DNA of 63,905 nt, the filler included, from Nemertoderma westbladi (Eukaryota > Animalia > Xenacoelomorpha): the NCBI GenBank assembly GCA_032718475.1. It is 3 parts of 3 records of this genome, joined end to end, with 100 filler letters (N's around TTAATTAATTAA, not from the genome) between each part and the next. Parts side by side here need not be neighbours in the genome. Positions count along the whole stretch, not along the records: positions 22,179 to 46,493 come from JAUCBJ010008159.1; 2 more parts are not named here. One strand, written 5' to 3'. The position numbers and the translations under genes are program-made. The notes beneath the pieces are model-generated. The model did no database searches and was not told where the DNA came from. It saw only the letters and a program-made list of their open reading frames with translations. Below are positions 23,666-37,230 of the stretch, one piece after another. Within the stretch, counting starts at the first letter, position 1. Each line of letters opens with the position of its first letter.

Positions 23666-24170
23666 TTAGCACGTCCTATAATGCCTGAGGCCAGCCCCTC
23701 CTTCCAACCCAAGGCCAGAACCACTTGACTTGACTCGCGATCCTCGTAACCAAAGTGATGTACCGCAAATTATAGCGAACTGGACACGCTGCCTCACCCA
23801 GCCCATCGCAATGCCGTATGGCTTTGACCAGTTTACGCTCAACCTGCTGGCCATTGTCCGCAGCAGCTACAAGGTTACGTACAGGCTGTACGGGTTGTCC
23901 GTACAGGCTTGTTGGTGTGCGGCGCAAGGACCCCATCGCAAGAAGCTACAAAGTGGGTGAAGTCACTACGACGAAGCTCAACAGCTGCCGAATAGATTCG
24001 TCTCTTCTCGCCCTCTGCTGCTTCCAGGAGAGCCAGCCATTGGGGTGCAATTCGCGTAAGACACAGCATCAAGGTTGGTAGACCTAATGTCGAGCAACGC
24101 CTGAGTCTGCGAATTAAACGCCGAATGGCCAAATCACAGTGGAGACCATCCTCTTGTCCAGATGGATCGG
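23666..24170 (-). pseudogene. Decayed 3' fragment of a CRE-like (restriction-like endonuclease) non-LTR retrotransposon
   Basis: Frameshifted pieces GLHCDLAIR, EGEKRRIY...FTHFVASCDGVLAP and WSKPY...WVRQRVQFAII...LRGSR, typical of CRE-clade C-termini. Confidence 0.65.
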
Positions 24171-25028
24171 TGTGTTACTATGAATAAGTTGAAAGATTAC
24201 ATTCTTTACATTTGTCACTACAACAAAACTAACAATGACCGATGAATGAGCAGATTTGAACGACAAATCAAGCTTTAATTGATAAACATAATTGGCATTA
24301 ATTCCGAATTCAGTTAATATCAGTTCGGTCATAAAGTACAAAAAACATACTGCATCGCCCTTATATCTACTAAAAATGTTGCTTTTAAAAATAGGTATTT
24401 AGTTCTGTTAGCAAGCCATATACATTAGACAATGCATGATGCTCTTCTATCATTACATGTAACACCTTACCTTAAACTAAGCATTAAACTGTAACAGATT
24501 GTGGTGATGGTCTCCATGGTTATAAACGGTCATTATAATTATCTTACTATAATCAATGGGAGGGATGTGGCTCCAACTAAAATATATGGCAAATTTTGAT
24601 GGCAACAGATTGTACTAGTATAGTTAGAAATGGAAAGCCATAAATAATAGGATTGATGGATTTATCTATTCTCAGATGTATTCAAAATGGTGCAAAGGTA
24701 AAACATTAAACATTATATTGACTGATTTGTTTGGACAGAGTACATAATTTAATGTTAATATTAAATGCATAACAAACTCAAATAGTAGGTGTAATTGAAT
24801 ATTCTTGAATAGATTTTTCTTAATTTGGAATAGTAATACTAATGTCTGGTATGCCATCAAAATATACATACATTGCCTTCCTTTGTATTTCATGGATTTA
24901 TTCACGATTGGCTCTATATTTCTATATTACAAAATATATCTGAGGTGATGTGTTATTATAAATGTGTGAAGATCTACCACACATTCGCAATTTAAAAATA
25001 AATCCTGTTTTTTTTTTAATTAACAAAC

Positions 25029-25697
25029 CTTCTTCACTTTCAACACGAGTCTCTAGTTCTAAACTTTCCTCATAAATTGCCTCCATCTGACTATCTGTCA
25101 CATAACAGCTGTAATACCGGGCATGGGCTATATACCCTTTAAATATATTATTTCCATTTGGCTCTCTTCCTATTGTTATCGTGTTAGATTCTGCAGAAAT
25201 CAAAGCTGTTGAAGAAGTTTCAAAATCCAATCTTAGATGATCTGGATTCCCAACTTTTCGACTGTATAATGTAACTTTCTTCTCCACAGCATTGATTCTT
25301 AAGGCCACCAATTGCCACTTGTTTTCTTCTACAGCATTATCCAGGTTAAACACTGTTTGTGATGCCCCATTCATGCTGTTGTACCAAAGAGTGGATATAC
25401 TCGGGTGTAAAACAAAATGTGAACCTCTTGGACTAGAATCTCCCAATTCGAATATGGAACCTGTTCCACCAAATATCGGCTTTATGAATGCTGTTAGTGT
25501 AAATGTTTCTGAGAGCAGTTCAATACCATGTTGAATAGAAACATATCCTTCACGGAAATACATGGCCTGGTCATTAACTCCTGCTGGTCCGACACCAAAT
25601 GATATTCTCTTATAAATGGTTCCATTTAGATCCCCAAGTTTATCAGTCGCTCCATACTGGATACTGAAAGGCCAGTAGGCTTGAGTAGCACAGGAAC
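25029..25697 (-). CDS. Laminin-G3/ConA-like domain exon, phase 1-1, 669 nt
   Basis: Acceptor tttacag and donor G|gtttgt; paralog of the adjacent exons. Confidence 0.85.
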
Positions 25698-26808
25698 CTG
25701 TAAATATTACATAAAATAGGATTTAAAATATATAAAAAATATGGTATATATTATTGGTATATTTTATGACTCTTATTTTAGAACGAAAGTGATAGAGACT
25801 GACTGTGAGAGTAAAGAGACTCATGACCCGGTTTAGGCTTTTGCCTTTTTGGCAACTACTAACTGTAGTATTTGTTATATGGATGTGCTAATACTGTAAT
25901 AATGCAGTACGATCTTATTGGATATGAATGATTAATAATACAGTATATAGCCCTCAACTCCAGATCTTTCAGAAAGCTGACATGCACTGTGAAGACAAGT
26001 GAAGATTAATTTAGGCTATGACATATAAATAACCGCTAAAGACCCTACATGTTACACCTGGTATAAATTATATTCTAGAAGTACATGTTCCACTTCGCCT
26101 GTACCTACTTACGCTACACCATCTGGAATATAATTTATTAATGTAATGGCTTGTCCACCAATTTTCTTCAAATTGAAATCAGAGTGTATAATATTTGAAC
26201 TAGGCTTACATCCCCCATCCTTAGTGGGTTAGCCAGAATTTGTAATTCTGTTTCGATCTCTAGCTCTCACCCTCTAAGACGTTGGGAGTAAAAACGTTCT
26301 CTACTTAAAATTCCATTCGATTTCAGTAGGATGTTTATAACATATGGTTTGTTCTGAGGGAGCCACCAAATTAAAACTATATATTCCAGGAGATAATGTA
26401 TAATTTGGAATGGTGCACAAATTTCGGCTTTACTTTCCAAGCCCCTAATTCCTAATTGAATTTTTATTCAGTTAATGAAATTCTTTGCTTTTCGTATTGA
26501 CTAAATCATTAGTAACTAATTGTTACCTTATGATGAATTTGCTAGTGGCTAGTGTTTTCTACTTTTGTTCATCAGAGAGGACAACTTGGCCCAGGCCAGA
26601 TTAGATCATGAAATTAATGATAAAAAAGTACATGGATTGAGCATGAGCAGAGCATGTATCATCCAATTAGTCTAGCACACTCATAATGTGATATATAGGT
26701 TTGAGTGTGTTGTCTGTGATGATTTTTTATTAAATTTAAGCAACACTATTTTATCACCATCCTGCCTTAATATTGATTGACATTATCACTACTGGTGATC
26801 TTAATATA

Positions 26809-28294
26809 CCCGGGTGTTCCATACCTGGGTGTCCCGGGTGTTCTCGTATAGACATGATATCGTTGAACAGTCAAGTTATATACCACTCGATAGGAAATTA
26901 AATTTCGGATCTCTGTCCAAAATTGCATGTCATTATATCAAGGAATTCAACCACAGTGAATAAATTTATAAAGTGTTCCAATTGTTTGTACAATATTTCC
27001 ATACAAAATGTATGCTTGAAAATAATTATGTTTTCTTATATGTTGTAGAACTCGCATGTTCAACACAAATAAATATGTAAGAAGTACAAGTATTTAGTTA
27101 GGAAGTCCCTCACGGTAAGGTTACCGGTAGTTTCATTGCGTACAGAGTAAATCAGTCATAATCTGATTGTTATGATCGTTGCCTAGCAACGTCTATTTCG
27201 AGGCTCAGAATCTTTCTAAGCCCGGCCGCCACAATGTTATAATTAATTTATTTTACTTAATTACTTACTAATTAAATGAACGTCATGGAAAAGCACAATA
27301 ATTAATATTTGAATGGTTACGAAGACGAAGGTAAGGGTCGTGTGGTTAACAAATAAATGTTTGAGTTAATGTGAAGAGTGACCAGCACCCTGTGCTGATC
27401 TCACGTCTTCCAATCGACTCGGAAAAGTATGAAGCAGTCTCTGGAATAAATCCGTTTCAGTAACCAAAATCCGGAAAGCACAGTTTCTAAATGAAGTCGA
27501 AGAACTGTATTTGAGTATCTCCTTATCCCTACTTCTTGTAACATCAATGATTCAACCCTCTGTTTCAGTATGGCACCGATATTTTCTAATGGGTTCAAAT
27601 CAGGTGAATTTACCTAGCTATTCATTATTTCCAAAGAAATCAATATTTCCACTCCACTCCGCAGTAGTGATTGGGTGGGAAGTGCGCTCATACAAGGTGC
27701 ACGATCATGGAGAAAAGTTACGTCATGAGTGGAAATCACATTATTATTATCACGTAGGAATGGTATAACATGTCGAGTTAGCATTTCATCTCGAAAGTAT
27801 TGGCCATTCCCGGATTGGAACCCGCGATCCTGAAACCCGCGGCTCTCTGAAAGTTATTGCACGAATTCTGTCAAGCCACTGAGCCTCGCTAGTATCATAT
27901 GTCGCCATTGGCTTAAACGAAATTACAGTGATCCTTGAAAAATTGAAATACTTGAAAAAATATGAAAAAAGCAATGTTTAGCAAATGAATTAATCTCACT
28001 TACCGGTAGTCATCTGCCAGACACACAGACAGTCATTCCTGAATTGGAAGGATATCAACCAAGTCGGTGGTGGTAGGCCTACTAACAAAAACTTTCAGTT
28101 TTGTGCAAATTGTTCTGGTACAAATGGAACGCATTAGAAATTGATTCACTGCGGTCGAAATCCTTGATATAATGACATGAAATTTTGCACAGAGATCCGA
28201 AATTAAATTTATTATCAAACGGTATATAACTTGACTGTTCACTGATATCGGATGTATCTGTAATAGGGGGGGGCCATCATTATGGAACACCCAG
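26809..28294 (-). mobile_element. Internally deleted Tc1/mariner-type DNA transposon with long TIRs
   Basis: gggtgttccata / tatggaacaccc ends flanked by TA; ~150-bp inverted arms; remnant PDLNPLENIGAILKQRV resembles the Tc1 SPDLNPIEN motif. Confidence 0.75.
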
Positions 28295-28688
28295 TAGATG
28301 TAAATAAAATGTCATCCCATTCAATATCATATTTAAACATGTTAACCTCAAATAACTGCACTCAACTTATTAATGTACCAACTACAGTATTTAAGGAGTC
28401 GTTTACCTGCTTCTTTACTAACCTGCCTACAAGTAGGTGTAGGTTTAGCATATACCCTGTCCAAAGCAACATTAATGCGATATGCAATATAGGCATTTTA
28501 ACTAAAAACACATTTTCAAACTACCTCACATACTAAATAATAGTCTCATTCGAACCCTCAATGATCGATTTAGCGTGGATAGACACTATCAAATCAATAG
28601 TAGAGTGAATAGTTCTTGAAATATTTCTCAAATTGTCAAAATTTATTAAATCCTACTAAATTAAAAAAATTATTTAAATATAACAAAC

Positions 28689-29351
28689 CTTCTGCACTTT
28701 CAACCTGAGTCTCTAGTTCTAAACTCTCCTCATAAATGTCCTCCAATTGGACCGCTGATACATAACAGCTGTAATACCGTACATGGGCTATGTATCCTTG
28801 AAATCGAGAATTAGCATTTGGTTCACTTCCTATTGTTAAGGTGAATGGATTACCAGATATCAGAGCTGTTGAAGAAGTTCCTAACTCCAATCTCAGAGGA
28901 TCTGGATTCCCAACTTTTCGACTGTATAATGTAACTTTCTTCTCCACAGCATTGATTCCAAAGGCCACCATATGCCAAACGTTAATTTCTACAGCATTAT
29001 CCAATCTAACCACTGATACACCATTCATGCTGTTGTACCAAAGAGTGGCTATATCTGGGTGTAATTGCATATGCGACCCTCGAAAATTTGGATCTCCAAA
29101 TTCAAATATTGAACCTCTTCCATTAAATATCGGCTGTATAAAAGCTGTTAATGTAAATGTTTCTGAGAGCATTTCAATACCATGTTGAATAGAAACATAA
29201 CCTTCACGGAAATACATGGCCTGGTTATTAACTCCTGCTGGTCCGACACCAAATGATATTCTCTTATAAATGGTTCCATTTAGATCCCCAAGTTTATCAG
29301 TCGCTCCATACTGGATACTCAATGGCCAGTAGGCTTGAGTAGCACAGGAAC
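28689..29351 (-). CDS. Laminin-G3/ConA-like domain exon, phase 1-1, 663 nt
   Basis: Acceptor tttacag and donor G|gtttgt; lies within ORF 28636..29427. Confidence 0.85.
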
Positions 29352-30899
29352 CTGTAAATAATGTAATAGTAATAGGACGTCTTGAATAGGTTTGATTTTT
29401 GATGCCACAAATAGCCAAATGAGGCATTGTATAACCTCAGAAGTTACTTATAGTTAAAATACTATTTTGCTACTGAACATGATAAAATGTTTATTATCAT
29501 ATGATCAACAACTACTTCTTCAGAAAGAATGAAGTCCTCACAATTATCGAGTGTTTTTTTTATACATCAATGGTTTGTCAAAACCAATGTTCCCCCCAGG
29601 ATGCTTGAGAGACCATAGTTCCTCTTCAACTCTCATCTTGCCGCGAGGGTTTCATCAAGGAGATACCTTGATGAAAGTGATCATCATGGATTATGTGAAC
29701 CATACTCTCTTGGTGGTACAAAAAATAAGTGTGAAGGTCATGCACCTGTCTCACATATAACATGGTAGTGTGACTTCTGGCTCTGGGGAGCTTCACAGGG
29801 AGGATTCTGTCGACCAGTTAGTAACTCATACTAACTGGTCGATAGAATCCCCCCTAGGTTTTTATCAGGTTTGATAACTGCAATGTCAAACAATGCATCT
29901 GTTTATTTACCCAGACCCCTGGCTGAACTAATCACCGCACACTCTACTGATGGCGTTACACTCTTCATCAAGGTACCCTTGGGAAAGCATAAACCTGCTC
30001 TCCACACTGAATATGCAAAATACAAACGCCATTAGATCACCAAAAACATCACACAGTTCATTGTGGTGTTTTTACCAAGCCTCCAGATTTGCAGCTGATG
30101 GGATGTGATCTGGTGAAGTGGATGCTGCAGCCTTAGCAATTTGTATGGAGGCCATCAGAGTCAGCATCATCCTGGGATATAAGCAGCATCCTGGGTGATT
30201 TGATTCTCGGTTAGGATGTGTCTCTTCATTGGATTATGGTTCATTTAATCTGACTTGAGGCAGATGAAACTTATTTTCAACTGCAGATCTTGGTGCATAA
30301 TTGTGGATAGCTGGTGAAAATGAAGACCGATTTCGGATTTAGGGATTATTGCGCCATTATTTTGATGTACATTAACAAAGCAGTGTAGTGTTTGAATAGT
30401 AAATCAAGAGCAAGAATAGGAAAACATTGATGCAGTGGTGTAATGTGATTGATTTACATGTAAACAATTGAAATAATATGAACGAACTTTGAACTATCAT
30501 GGTGAAGGGATACATTAGTATCACTAGGAGAGGAGTGGAAAAGGAAGGGAAAATAGATAGATTTAGTTGAATTGAGATGCCAATAAATGGCTGGACTGTT
30601 TGTTGTGGAGAATAATATTTATTTTTTGATATTAATTTAATAAAGCAATATTGATGTTAAATTAATTTAATTTATATTTTAAATTTCTTAAATTGTAAAC
30701 ACTTATAACAAGTGGAAAGGAAGAAGTCCATAGTTAAGATAGGGATGAATTAGGCTAAAGTTAAATATGTAGTGGGAAGATGAAAAAGTTAAATATATAG
30801 TGGGAAGATGAAACAATGTTTATAGAAAATGCCTGTTGTTCTAGAATTTTTTTAAAGAAATCCTACATCATCTGCAACATGTAGCAGTTTCCTGGTTTG

Positions 30900-31189
30900 G
30901 ATTGATTCAACAACCACAGATGTCTGATTGATTGAGTGATCCTGTGTTGGACGTCTTCAAGATTTCACCTCTGGAAATTGATTGTTTTCGGATGCAACCC
31001 AGTTCAAGATGCAAATTGGAAAGCTATAAACTCATACTGGACCTAGTGTTCACTAGTCCTAGATAGACCTTATTCTGTTTCATAAGAAATACAGGAGCTC
31101 TGTACAAGATAGTAGTGCATTTATGCTACACATATTATCCAGTGATCACTATGTCTTATTGTGGCTGATGAACTAAGATGGAATTAAGG
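30900..31189 (+). pseudogene. Old RTE-like LINE relic (endonuclease end) interrupted by the BEL element
   Basis: IDLILFHKKYRSSVQDS...SDH-like remnant; continues after the right LTR as PDWSYLL...QLSNRYDIL (44634-44960). Confidence 0.55.
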
Positions 31190-32300
31190 TGTTCACGCTT
31201 TTAGACCTTTAGCAGTTTAACCTGCCAATTTTAGTTGTCCTCTTGTTTATAAATCGACTTTAGCCTATATCAATTACTTAGTGTACTGAAATTACATCAG
31301 CCGAAGCCAGTCTGTGCGCGACCTTTCACCCACGGTTTTGGGAGACTGGGTTCGGATTCCTTGATAGTGATTGCGGTGTAGACCTACTGTATTCTTCAAT
31401 TGATCGTTACTATATAATCCCTGACAATATATTTACTTTCGGGGAAATATTAACAGTTCCTTTAGGACGTGGCGCTTTAAGTATAAAAACAGAGTTATGA
31501 CTTATACTAATCACAACTAGATGGCCACTGAGTTTCGTAAATAGCGCATTCTTTAGGAGATGCTTTATTAACCTTCACACTACTTCACACGACTTCACAC
31601 TACTTCACACTAATCTGCCGACCATCACTGAATTTGATCATATATAAGGAGGATCGCGACTGACACATGTAGGGATTATGAAATAGCATTTAATTCACAC
31701 AAAACCAATATAATGTAAGTCGCAGTTGCTACTGGTAAACCTGTTCCTCTTACCTTCAGTAATCAAGAAGATTGGGGGTTTTATGATTATTTATCGGTAT
31801 TCTCCAAATATAACAGCAATATCCATTAACATAACAACAATTAATAACAGAAGTAAAATAATTCGGTGAACAGTCAGTATGTGTTACATAATGCATGAAA
31901 TGTTGTATGAAATATGTGTTCCGATGTTTCAGTGATTCAGTTAATAGTTTTACGTTCTTATAATCAAGGCCATCTGATGTTTCAGCCAAAGTCTGAAACT
32001 TCTACACAGAAGAACAGAAAATTCCGAGCCGGTTCTGGTGCTCAGAAAATAGTAAACAAAGACCGTAATGCATTGCGCGGGTTTCCATAGGCCTCTGTCA
32101 GACATAAGGGGAAAAATCGCTCTGATTGGCTGAATAGGCAGAACAAAGAAAAGTTGCACGTCCACAGAGAATCAACTGATAGATGTCGTCACACCAGCTC
32201 CAATTCCTTCCCGTCGCGTAGTTGGACAAATTTAGGGCTATTTTAGAGTATTCTGCGCATTGCGGAAAAATGACTTGTTATGTCCGCAAAAGCTTTTACA
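31190..32300 (-). repeat. 3' LTR (1111 bp)
   Basis: Direct repeat of 43528-44628 with scattered substitutions and a 10-bp indel. Confidence 0.95.
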
Positions 32301-32378
32301 CCGCTCCCAGAAAATGGGATTTCAGTCTATAAAATATAAAAATCACAGTTTCTAAAATACATAAAATACTCTAAACTA

Positions 32379-33400
32379 TTAGTCCTTCTTACGTGAACGG
32401 AGTTTACGAAGTTTTTTGAGGCTAGCAAGAGTCCTTTTCTCTTTGGGGCGAGCCACTTTACTAGGAGGGCTATAACTCCTGGATGAGGGATGCAATACAA
32501 TTGCATCGGAAGGTTTCGGGTTACGGTCGGTGTATCCGCCAGTCAAGGTACCCGGTTGATCGATATCAACCTCAGTGGGACGAGGTCGAACAACCTTTAG
32601 AGCGCGTTTCAGGACGGCAGCTCTTACTGGTCCCTGACGAGTCGTTTGCACGAGAGCGGTAGGCGGACCGTGAGTAGTGAGAAATTTCCTCGGTTTGATG
32701 GTTCTTTCCAACTCGCGTTCTCGGGCTCTATATTCATAGGGTCGCCTATGAACTTCTTGTAGCTCTGGATGCGAGTTTATGAACAAGTCACCGCGGGATT
32801 TATCAATGATAGAAACTTTAAACCATGCATAGGATCTTCCTGTTTCACCATATAATATTGAGTTAAATTGACATAATAAGGATGGTCTTTGATCCCATAA
32901 AATGAGTTCGGTAAAGGTCTAGCACGTAGGTTGACCTCGTGTACCATACAACGGACAAGATCCGCTCGATTGTCCGGAGGTTCAACGAGTATACCGTCGA
33001 CACGAGCGGCCTCGATTGGCGGACGTTGTAACATAGGAGCGTCAGCGATAAGATCTCTAGATCTTAAGTTGATATCAACCGGTTGGGGTTGTACCGTGGC
33101 GAAGAGTTTGTCTCCGAAATGGGGAACCATCGAAGGATGAATAATGGTTTTGGAATAGAGATCAGTCATAAGGATTTGAGCTTCTGGCTGGGCTAAAGCT
33201 GCTTCTTCTCTCTCGTCCATTTAGATGTGCTTCTCCTCGAGCTGATTTTCCTCCGCTTGTCGTTGGAACCGTTCGTCTAAAAACTCTTGTAGAGAGTAGG
33301 TTCGTCCAAGTTCGATGTCTTCCTCGAGATTCTGGATTTCTCGATCGAACTGAGGTAAAGCTAATTCTTTTACCGCTTGGACAATACACGTTGTGCAAGC
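32379..33400 (-). pseudogene. Extra ORF of unknown function between integrase and the 3' LTR (premature stop and frameshift)
   Basis: LPQFDREIQNLEEDIEL...EEKHI*MDEREEA is in frame with ORF 32777..33220, which overlaps ORF 32379..32786. Confidence 0.6.
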
Positions 33401-34134
33401 TTGGGCAATACACAGGCAATTTACGTTTATCTAAACAATCGTAAGTTCCTTTTCTGATTCTTTTGTCGAATAGCGTCTAAAGCGTTTCGTACAACGCTCT
33501 CCTCCACCTCGGTGATGGGTTGTATCGGGGTTAAAGTATATCGGTGGGTGCCGCGATATCTTAATCGACTAGAATTACAGATGGTCAAAGGGTTTAACAA
33601 ATCGATTTTGCGTTTTACGCTACTGTTAAAGGGACATCACGCTACTATATGTATTATTTAATATACAGTATGAGAGCAATATTGCAAGAAGCAATGTCAG
33701 TGAGAAGAGGCAAGTCGTTTCCAAGGTCTACCCAGAGCTTGGTTTAGCCAAGACACGAGGATCTGAACTTTGCATTCCTAATACTCTACTTACCAATAAT
33801 GCTTGAGTATAGTAGAGACGGTATTGTACTTTTAAGAAGTACGGACATTTCATCTTACTGTAGTCACGTATTTATAGTATGATACGGACAGTAAGGAAAG
33901 AGAAAATGAATTATTTCTCGCCGTTAAACGAAATATATAATGCTAAGTAATTAAGTATTAAACACAATATATATTGCACTAATCTGCTGAATAATCGTTA
34001 AAATATTATTCTACTAAATAAAATTAAAGAAAACGATTATAATAATAAAATTACGTAATAATAAATACATAAATATAAAAATAATAAAAAAAATATAAAA
34101 TAATGTCTTGCCTTCCATAGTTTCCGGATAATTC

Positions 34135-35490
34135 TCAGTCTCTTTCCAGTAAACATAAACGACCAACTGGGCGATTAAGTTGTTGTGTTTCGAATACAAT
34201 TCCATGTTTCTTAAAGTTACGTCGCATGACGACGAGTTCTACTGATCGCACTAAACCATCATCGGATATATGAGTCTCGATGATAAAACCTGTCTGCCAC
34301 CTCTTACGTGGAAGATCTGATTCCACGATAAGCCTTCCACGATATGTCTCCGGCGCTGACGTTTTCTTGCTGCGCAAACCACTTTGTTCGAAGTTGTAGC
34401 GTAGGAAGATAATGTTTTTCGAAATGGTCAGCGAAACGACGTGATAATAACTGCATAAGTTGCCAAGTTTGTCGGCAGTATTCGTCTCCGTCCGTCATTT
34501 CTGATTGTGGGAGCATGGCTACAGCTTTCTTTAGTAGGAAATGCGCGGGTGTTAGCGCTTCTAGGGAGTCGGGACTCGATGAGACTGGCATAAGCGGTCT
34601 CTCGTTAAGATAGGCGGCGATTTCTTCCATTAACGTCCGCAAAAGTTCGTTGGTGAGATACGCGCGGCACGGCACTATAAAGTGAAATGCAGTCTTCACG
34701 CTCCGTATTAATCTCTCCCAACTTCCTCCCCACCAAGGGGCATTGGCGGCGTTGAAGGTCCAGCTAGATGCTGTTACCCTTAGCTGATCATCCACCTGTC
34801 TTTGGTTCCAATCTTTCACGTAAGCTTTGATCTCATTATTGGCGCCAATGAAGTTCGTTCCCTTGTCGGATCTCATCGTGTTGCTAGTTCCAAAACAAGC
34901 GATCTGTCGGCGTAAACTCAGTATGAAGCTGTTGGTAGATAGATCGTTCACCATATCTAGATGGATCGCTCTACAAGTCATACTGACAAAGATTATACAC
35001 CATCGCTTGACTATAGTCCTAGCACGATATACTTCAATAGGGCCAAATAAATCCACACCAGTATTAGTAAAGGGTGGTTCATAGAAGCTTACTCATTCCC
35101 TAGGTAATTCTGCCTCTCGCTATGTTAAAGGCCTACTGAATGCTTTCCTACAGGGTATACAGTTCCTAAGAACTTGGTTCAGAGCTCTACGGGGCTTATG
35201 GAAATAATAGCGAGTTCGAATTTCGCTAAGAACTCGTTCTCTACCAGCATGGTAAAGCCTACTATGAACATCTACAATCATCTTGATTTGTATTTCAAGA
35301 TTTCTAATGAGTATGGGAAATTTAGTGTCAAAGGACAATGGCGCATTAGTTAATCTCCCTCCGATACGTATCAACCCATCTATCATTGTGCTAGAGAAAC
35401 GATCCCTTAAGCGCATCTGTGGATTTCTCAACAACAGGAAATACTTATCGGAATCTTTGTAGCATTGCAGGAGTCTCAGTATCTGCTTGT
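34135..35490 (-). pseudogene. BEL/Pao integrase region with stop and frameshift
   Basis: DGLIRIGGRL, HAG...CIPC, GVDLFGP, SDKGTNFIGA, PWWGGSWERLIRSVK, LNERPL, ALTPAHFL, DDGLVRSV across ORFs 35120..35434, 34304..35056 and 34135..34377. Confidence 0.9.
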
Positions 35491-37230
35491 GGGGCGAGCC
35501 ACGAAGTGAGTGAGCCTTAGCGTAGTGGTACCATTAATCAACCTGTCGTTCTGTCGTTCTGTCGTTCTGTCGTTCTGTCGTTCTGTCGTGTTCAATTTTA
35601 AACGTTAATAACTCGGCCAATCTTTGATGAAATCTATCCAAACTTGGTACACATGTTGTTTGGCAAAAGTTTAGAAATTTTCCAAGTAGAATTTCCGTGT
35701 GGCCTTCGAGAAGCTAAGATAATAGCAGTTAATTAGTTAATTAAGTTGATTGCGGTGAAAACGCCATTTTCAACCTGCCTTTTAAAGGAAATTAATTGTT
35801 TTACAGTATAAGATTTAAATAATTATACTTAAAAATTATACAGATATAATCCCCATACGCCATTCTATTATAGTTTTTAATTAGTTTAAGTGATTTGCTT
35901 TAATAAATGTGTCTTTAATTGATCTAAACGTAATTAAACCGCACAATTATTGAGTACAAATTTAATCCTTCCCATTATTGGTCAAGTCTCTGCTGGTGTG
36001 GAGCTAGCTGCTGGGAGTTGTGGCTGTAGACTAACCTGAGAGGAATTGTAATAGAGGCAACCAGTATTGCTATTCCAGCCCAATCACTGAATTGTGTTTA
36101 TTATAGGCTGGACGGGCCGCATAACCGTTCGACTATTACTACTATTGCTATCTCAGTTAAATGACAGATATAATAACATAAATACAATCCATGGCATGGC
36201 TGTTGTAGGCTTCTGAAATAGTTTATTCCACAATGTATATGTCTGGTTATTTTTTAATTGAATTTTTGCAAAGTAGTAAAATTAATGTTCTTAAAAATAA
36301 TATTATTATTTTATATGTAACCTAGGAAATTAGCTACATTTTTTCGCTGCAGCTTTAAGAGTGTACATTGATTTAATATTATTTCAATACCCATATTACT
36401 ACATCGGCATAAGATGCGTTGGCGTTGTATCACACATCTCCACATATCACACATTTCCACATAGATGTATCAACAGTTACTCGCACAGTTTCGAAACTTC
36501 GCATAGTTATAACTGTATAAAGATCGTCAGTCTGCGTTTAGGAAAAATATTTTATGACAAAACAGGACAAGCGACGAGCGCAACGAGGCATATAATGAAG
36601 ACGAGTACTGCGTTGACTAAATTATTATATAAACCACCTGGCTTCACATATTGATCGCATCCCTAGTTATTATTATTATAAAGATCGTCCTAGCCTGCAT
36701 TTAAGAAATATATTTAAATACAAAACAGGACGAACGCAAAGAGGCTTATAATGAAAACGAGTACTGCGTTTATTATATTCCTATAAACCACCTGGCTTTG
36801 CATATTTAACGTGCGATTGGAAATAAGTTCGTGCTACCCTTCCGTGGGTGGTAGATGTCGCGGTTATGTATTGGTGGTTGGGAAGGGTGGGGGGGGGGGG
36901 GGGGGGGAGATTAAAAGGGGTGAACACGTACTGTCCACCTTTCTTTGATTGATTGGTGGTGTGGGTAAATTTCTCAAAACCTGATTTTGTGATACAGTCG
37001 CTGCATTTTAATTTGTATATAATAACTAGGCCTCGTGCTGCGCGAAGTCCCCACGAACGTGTTGGTTTCTTCATGCTCTTGGTAACTGATCTTCTCAGTC
37101 AGAAACCTATCCGACACTTTATAAGCGGGAAGGTCTTTAATAGCATGGACCTTTTCGGATATTCTTGGAGCGGTATCACTAGCGATCTTCGTCCTGGAAT
37201 AGTGATGATGGAAACACCAAGTTTGGTTTA
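35487..37230. mobile_element. Non-coding insertion(s) resembling Helentron-associated non-autonomous elements, sitting where RT/RNase H should be
   Basis: Hairpin-like ggcgagccacgaagtgagtgagcc, (CTGTCGTT)n microsatellite, aaacttggtacac motif and ctagttatt-type ends. Boundaries approximate. Confidence 0.5.

Noticed and set aside
31756-32165. Small ORFs duplicated at 44085-44557
   Set aside because: They lie inside the LTRs, so the duplication reflects LTR identity, not coding conservation.
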